Source of the DNA: Pseudomonadota bacterium
GTDB lineage: Bacteria > Myxococcota > JACRCW01 > JAFGSX01
Assembly (NCBI GenBank): GCA_043821645.1
Contig: JBDRCO010000068.1
Span: 224,001-288,000 of the forward strand
Direction of reading: 5' to 3'
DNA length: 64,000 nt
Under the pieces are notes generated by a model. The model was not told the origin of the DNA and searched no databases. It saw only the letters and a list, made by a program, of their open reading frames with translations. A program made the position numbers and the translations under genes. Of this stretch, positions 58,502 to 64,000 are shown piece after piece; positions within the stretch are counted from its first letter, which is position 1; each line of letters begins with the position of its first letter.

Positions 58502-60679
58502 TCAGAACATCCCGCCCACACCAAAGAAGAAGTCCACGTCGCGGTCACCAGGACGACGCGTCAGGGGCATGCTCCACTCCAGTCGGATGGGCAGCGTCCC
58601 GGTCGGCAGCAGCAGCCCCACGCCCAGCGAGCTATACATGCCCAGGGGCAGCGGTACCTCGCGACTGTCCTGCCAGCGCCCCCACAGCAAGAAGTTCTCG
58701 GTCTCGTCGAAGGCATTGCCAGCGTCGAGAAACAAGAAGCCCTTGAGATCGATCTCCTTGATCAGCGGTGCCTCCAGCTCGAGGTTCACCACGACTTGGC
58801 TGGTGCCTCCGGTGGCCAGGGACAGCACACCACCCGCGGGATCGCCGGCATCGCCGAAGCGCCGCGTGGGCCCCAGGGACCTCGGCAGGTAGCCGCGCAC
58901 GCTGCCAAAGCCGCCCAGGAAGTAGCGCTCGCTCACCACCACGGGCTGGCCCGTGGGGTCGACCACCGTGGCGGCCTCGAGGTTGATCTTGAACAGCGCC
59001 GACAGCACCAGGGGCAGGTAGTAGCGCGCGGTGGCGCGCAGCTCGACGAAGTTGATCTGGCCCAGGGTCCACCACCCGCCGGTGGAAGCCGACAGCGCGT
59101 GGTACATGCCCGAGGTGGGAAACACGCCGCCGCGCCGGGTGTCATGCGCGAGGCGCAGGGTCACCCCGGTGCGCAAGGCCCCGCTAGGAAAGCGCGCGGT
59201 ATCGGCAAAGGCCTCGAGACCCGCGGCGGGTTCCACGTCGACGCGATCGACACCGAGCTGCAACGACGTGCTCAGATCCCAGGGCAAGGGCACGGTGAGC
59301 CCGAGCTCGGCACCCAGCAGATTGGACGCGAACAGCGGATAGATCAGGCGCCGCCTGTGCACGCCGGTGACCAGACTGAAGCGCGAATCGAGCACGCGCG
59401 GTTCGACCCAGCTCACATCAAACAGCTGGCGCAGCGACGAGAGCTGGCCGATGGCCGTGAAGCGCTGGCCCTGGCCCAGGAAGTTGGGACACATCAGCAA
59501 GCCGATGCCGATCAGGCCCTCGTACTGCAGGTAGGCAGGTGCGATGTTGAAGATGCAGTCCTTGATGATGCCGGGTCGCTCGGTCAGGTCCACGCTGACG
59601 TCGACGATGGAGGCGTCGGATCCGGCGCGCGGCTCGAGCTTGGCGTCCATGAACAGGCCCGTGGCCATCAGATTGTCGCGAGATTTCTTGAGCGCGGCCA
59701 GGCTGTAGGCATCCCCCTGGTGCAGCTCGAACTCGCGCTCGATGACCCGCGATGCGGTCCAGGGTTCGCCGCGTACCTGGATCGTGCCGATGCGGGCGAA
59801 GCTGTTCTTCTGCAGTTCCGCCTCGACGTGCAGCAGGCGCTCACCCGGATCCACCTGCGAGCGCTGCAGCGAGGTCGGGAAGGGGTAGCCCCTGTCACGC
59901 CAGCGATCGAGCAGGCGGTCCAGCTCCTCGGACACCTTGACCAGGTTGGCCACGTCGCCGGGCTTGAGTGCGAAATCCTGCTGCAATTCTTCGAGCGGAG
60001 CGGGCAGCTCGCCGACGAAGCGCACCGAGCCCACGCGGTAAAGCGGACCCTCGGTCACCAGCAAGGTCACGTCGATGGCCTGATGATCGGGCGTGGCGAA
60101 GGCCTTGTAGCCGGTGACCTTGGCCTCCAGGTAGCCCTGCTGGTAAAAGTTGCGCGCGACCTGCGACAGGTCCTGCTCCAGGCGGCCGGCGTGAAAGACC
60201 CCCGCTTGTTTGAAGGCACCGAAGATCTCGTCGGGCTTGGTGAACAGGTTGGTGGCAACCTCGGCGTCGGTCAGGGTCTGATTGCCGTGGACCAGTACCC
60301 GCCGCACCTTGGCCCGGGTTCCGGTCTGCACGCGATACACCACCACCGCCTGGCCCGTACTCAGGTGCCACTCGCCGCGCGCCTGGACGCTCAGGAAACC
60401 GCGATCCCGATACTGCCTGGCGATCTCCTTCGCGTCGCGCTGCAGCTGCGCTTCGTCGAGGGGCTGGCCCTCGCGCAGGCGGATCATGCGACGCAAGGTC
60501 TCGGGCTTGAAGTACTCGGCGCCCTCGAACTGCACCGAGGACACGATGGGACTGGCATCGGTGGCTTCAGCGGCCCGGGCCCTGCTCGCGACGCCTGCGA
60601 GGCCCAGCGCCAACAGCAAGCACAGCCCGCGCCCGGCGCGAGCGAGCGGGAGCCATCCGACGGCTAGCAGCGGCGTCAC
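58502..60679 (-). CDS. Omp85/BamA-like outer-membrane protein (about four POTRA domains plus barrel)
   Basis: POTRA-like starts (V..V.FEG, V.RV.VHGN, V.SV.FVG, I.TI.VRG), NFLGQGQ, LGG..SVRGY, FLDAGNAF and a terminal Phe. Confidence 0.9.
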   Translation of the reverse strand: MTPLLAVGWLPLARAGRGLCLLLALGLAGVASRARAAEATDASPIVSSVQFEGAEYFKPETLRRMIRLREGQPLDEAQLQRDAKEIARQYRDRGFLSVQARGEWHLSTGQAVVVYRVQTGTRAKVRRVLVHGNQTLTDAEVATNLFTKPDEIFGAFKQAGVFHAGRLEQDLSQVARNFYQQGYLEAKVTGYKAFATPDHQAIDVTLLVTEGPLYRVGSVRFVGELPAPLEELQQDFALKPGDVANLVKVSEELDRLLDRWRDRGYPFPTSLQRSQVDPGERLLHVEAELQKNSFARIGTIQVRGEPWTASRVIEREFELHQGDAYSLAALKKSRDNLMATGLFMDAKLEPRAGSDASIVDVSVDLTERPGIIKDCIFNIAPAYLQYEGLIGIGLLMCPNFLGQGQRFTAIGQLSSLRQLFDVSWVEPRVLDSRFSLVTGVHRRRLIYPLFASNLLGAELGLTVPLPWDLSTSLQLGVDRVDVEPAAGLEAFADTARFPSGALRTGVTLRLAHDTRRGGVFPTSGMYHALSASTGGWWTLGQINFVELRATARYYLPLVLSALFKINLEAATVVDPTGQPVVVSERYFLGGFGSVRGYLPRSLGPTRRFGDAGDPAGGVLSLATGGTSQVVVNLELEAPLIKEIDLKGFLFLDAGNAFDETENFLLWGRWQDSREVPLPLGMYSSLGVGLLLPTGTLPIRLEWSMPLTRRPGDRDVDFFFGVGGMF

Positions 60680-61611
60680 GAGGCGCGCTCCGTCGTGGAC
60701 AGACCGCCGACGCGCTCACCCATTCGGAGTGGCGTGCCCGGGCTGGCGACATCGAAGGTCCCGACACCCGGCCCGAGGACCAGCACCACCGTCGACCCGA
60801 ACTCAAAGCGCGCCAGTTCCTGGCCCCGGCGAAAGGGCACCCCGTCGTAGCTCCGCTCGTCGCGTCGACGCGCGCGGGCATTGGTGTGCAAGTCGTCAAA
60901 CACCAGCACCGTGCGACCGACCATGGTCGCCCCCACAGCGACCAGCGCCACCGGGCCCGCAGGTGCATCGAAGAACAGCACCAGCCGCTCGTTGCGCGCG
61001 AACAGGTCGGCGACATGGTGCACGGCGCGCTGGTTCACCGGCCACAGCGATCCTGGCAGGTACAGGGCTGTGCGCACCTCGCCGTCGACGGGGCTGTGGA
61101 TGCGGTGGTAGTCGCGCGGGCTCAGATAGAAGGTGGCGAAGGAGCCCCCGACGAAGGCCTCGGCGCGGGTGCCACCGCCGAGAAGTGCGCGCAGGCTGTA
61201 GTCGCGGCCCTTGACCTGGATGGCGCGGTCACCGTCGGCCAGGCCGGCCTCGCCCCAGGCTCCGTCCACGGGTGACACCAGGCTGCCGACGCTCTCGTCG
61301 ACGGGCCTGGCGCCCTCCCGCAGCCGCCGCGTGAACAGGGCCTGGATCGACGGATAGCTGCCAACGCCGAACTCGGCTTCGCTGGCGTCGACGCCAAAGC
61401 TCCGCACGTAGCCGCGGTTGAGCCGCTGCTGCAGGGCGGGAGGGAACCGGTAGCGCGCAAAGGCACCGGCCAGGTGTGACAGCAGGTGCCTGGGCAGGGT
61501 GGCGATGAGCCACAGCGGCCATCGCGCCGGGATCGCTGCATCATCCGCCGCGCCGACGGGAACCAGCGCGTGGGAGGACCTGGGTGCCTCGCGTGGCTGG
61601 GGCTCGCTCAT
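60676..61611 (-). CDS. psd: Phosphatidylserine decarboxylase proenzyme
   Basis: FTRRL..GARP, SPVDG, YLSPRDYHRIHSP, NER, VGATMVG and the self-cleavage motif FGST. Confidence 0.93.
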   Translation of the reverse strand: MSEPQPREAPRSSHALVPVGAADDAAIPARWPLWLIATLPRHLLSHLAGAFARYRFPPALQQRLNRGYVRSFGVDASEAEFGVGSYPSIQALFTRRLREGARPVDESVGSLVSPVDGAWGEAGLADGDRAIQVKGRDYSLRALLGGGTRAEAFVGGSFATFYLSPRDYHRIHSPVDGEVRTALYLPGSLWPVNQRAVHHVADLFARNERLVLFFDAPAGPVALVAVGATMVGRTVLVFDDLHTNARARRRDERSYDGVPFRRGQELARFEFGSTVVLVLGPGVGTFDVASPGTPLRMGERVGGLSTTERAS

Positions 61612-61624
61612 GGGCTGGGCGGCC

Positions 61625-62419
61625 TCACAGAACGGTTGCAGGGATGGCAGCGCCCGGGCCATCCCGGATCTCGACCAGCACCACCGTGATGTTGTCCTTG
61701 CCTCCACGGTTGTTGGCCAGATCGATGAAGCGCTGCGCGGCGCGCGGCAGACCATCGCGTCCGAGGGTATCCGCAACGTCGGCCTCGGCGCTGAAATAGC
61801 CATGCAACCCGTCGGAGCACAGCAAGAAATGGTCCCCAGGCTTGAGCTCGATCTCGAAGGTGTCGACATCGACGTAGTCGCGGATGCCAACGGCGCGGGT
61901 GATGGCATTGGCCCGGGGCGAGACCGCGGCCTGCTCCCGGGTCATGGCGCCGATCTTGACCTGCCAGTTCACCCACGTGTGGTCCTCGGTGATCTGGATG
62001 GCGCGACCGTCGCGCACCAGGTAGACGCGAGAGTCGCCGACCTGGGCCACGAAGGCGCGATTGCCTCCCACCAGCATGGACGAGATCGTGGTGCCCATGC
62101 CTTTTCGCTCGGGCTCCAGCTCGGCCATGCTGAACACCATGTAGGTCGCTGCCTGCACCGCGCTCTCGATGAGTCGCCGCACGGCCTGGCGGTTCGGGTC
62201 GGTGACTTCCTCGCGGATCGCGTCCACGGCGCCAAATCCGCGCTTCACCATGCCGTGGATCTGGTCCACCGACTCGGCGCTGGCGACCTCGCCAGCCGCG
62301 TGCCCACCCATGCCGTCGGCCACCACGTACAAGCCCAGAGCGTCGTCCCGAAAGAACGAGTCCTCGTTGTGCGGCCGCTTGCGACCGACGTCGGTCTGAC
62401 CAAAAGACACGGGATACAT
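61625..62419 (-). CDS. PP2C-type Ser/Thr phosphatase (Stp1/PphA-like)
   Basis: TDVGRKR.HNED, VADGMGGHAAGEVAS, MGTT, VGDSR, LCSDGL and GG.DNIT. Confidence 0.94.
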   Translation of the reverse strand: MYPVSFGQTDVGRKRPHNEDSFFRDDALGLYVVADGMGGHAAGEVASAESVDQIHGMVKRGFGAVDAIREEVTDPNRQAVRRLIESAVQAATYMVFSMAELEPERKGMGTTISSMLVGGNRAFVAQVGDSRVYLVRDGRAIQITEDHTWVNWQVKIGAMTREQAAVSPRANAITRAVGIRDYVDVDTFEIELKPGDHFLLCSDGLHGYFSAEADVADTLGRDGLPRAAQRFIDLANNRGGKDNITVVLVEIRDGPGAAIPATVL

Positions 62420-62560
62420 TCGGTTACACCACCCTGAGCAACGACACGTTACCAGCCTCGCCCTCCCCTGCGCGGGTCGCGACCAAATTCCCGGCGACCG
62501 CGCCATCATAGCCCCGAGTCGCGCAGTCCTCAAATGTAGAGTTCAGCAGCAGTGCCGTCG

Positions 62561-62827
62561 TCAACGTCGGCGATCGATCTCGGCAACGATCAGCACCACC
62601 TCCTGGCGGTAGCGAGGGGGATCACAGTAGGGACAGGGCACGGTGCGGGTCCCGCGTCCCAGCTGCAAAAGCACGTTGGGTTTGTAGCCCGTGCCGGCGC
62701 AGGACGCACAGTCCTCGTCTGCCGCACAGTAGCCGTAGGACACGGGCACCGCCTCGTCGACCTGGATGCGGCCGTTGCGCGCATGGGTCGGGCGATTCTG
62801 CCAGGGGCAGGTGAGGAGCTTGGGCAT
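62561..62827 (-). CDS. Small putative zinc-finger protein
   Basis: CASCAGTG...CPYC; starts 7 nt after the helicase stop. Confidence 0.6.
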   Translation of the reverse strand: MPKLLTCPWQNRPTHARNGRIQVDEAVPVSYGYCAADEDCASCAGTGYKPNVLLQLGRGTRTVPCPYCDPPRYRQEVVLIVAEIDRRR

Positions 62828-62833
62828 GGCGGG

Positions 62834-64000
<1,167 letters not shown>

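Overview
High-GC (roughly two-thirds by eye), gene-dense bacterial chromosome segment. Its content resembles Myxococcota or related deltaproteobacteria: many Cys-rich lipoproteins with Asp-periodic linkers, Hanks kinases, PP2C phosphatases and a caspase-like protein. I found no rRNA, tRNA, CRISPR array, integrase or transposase. About 54 CDS are supportable. Recognisable genes include two UvrD/PcrA-family helicases, ppc, a reductive pyrimidine-degradation trio, FprA, CstA, FabH, an RF-like GGQ protein, PfkB, MtnP, RlmN, Psd and an Omp85/BamA-like protein. Four things stand out. (1) An ECF sigma / anti-sigma / exported caspase-like protease / lipoprotein locus carries the same bipartite motif, TTTCGG-N14-CGGTGTCA-N11-ATG, before two of its genes. 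(2) An octaheme tetrathionate-reductase-type cytochrome sits on a stalk of seven 8-Cys repeats, behind a sigma54-like promoter and divergent from a Cys-rich PAS activator. (3) A two-gene cassette occurs twice: a TolB-N/CsgG-like membrane protein coupled to a Cys-motif beta-propeller lipoprotein. (4) Four consecutive exported membrane proteins, three of them clear paralogs, all end in an acidic tail with a terminal Tyr. All product calls come from motif recognition without database searches.
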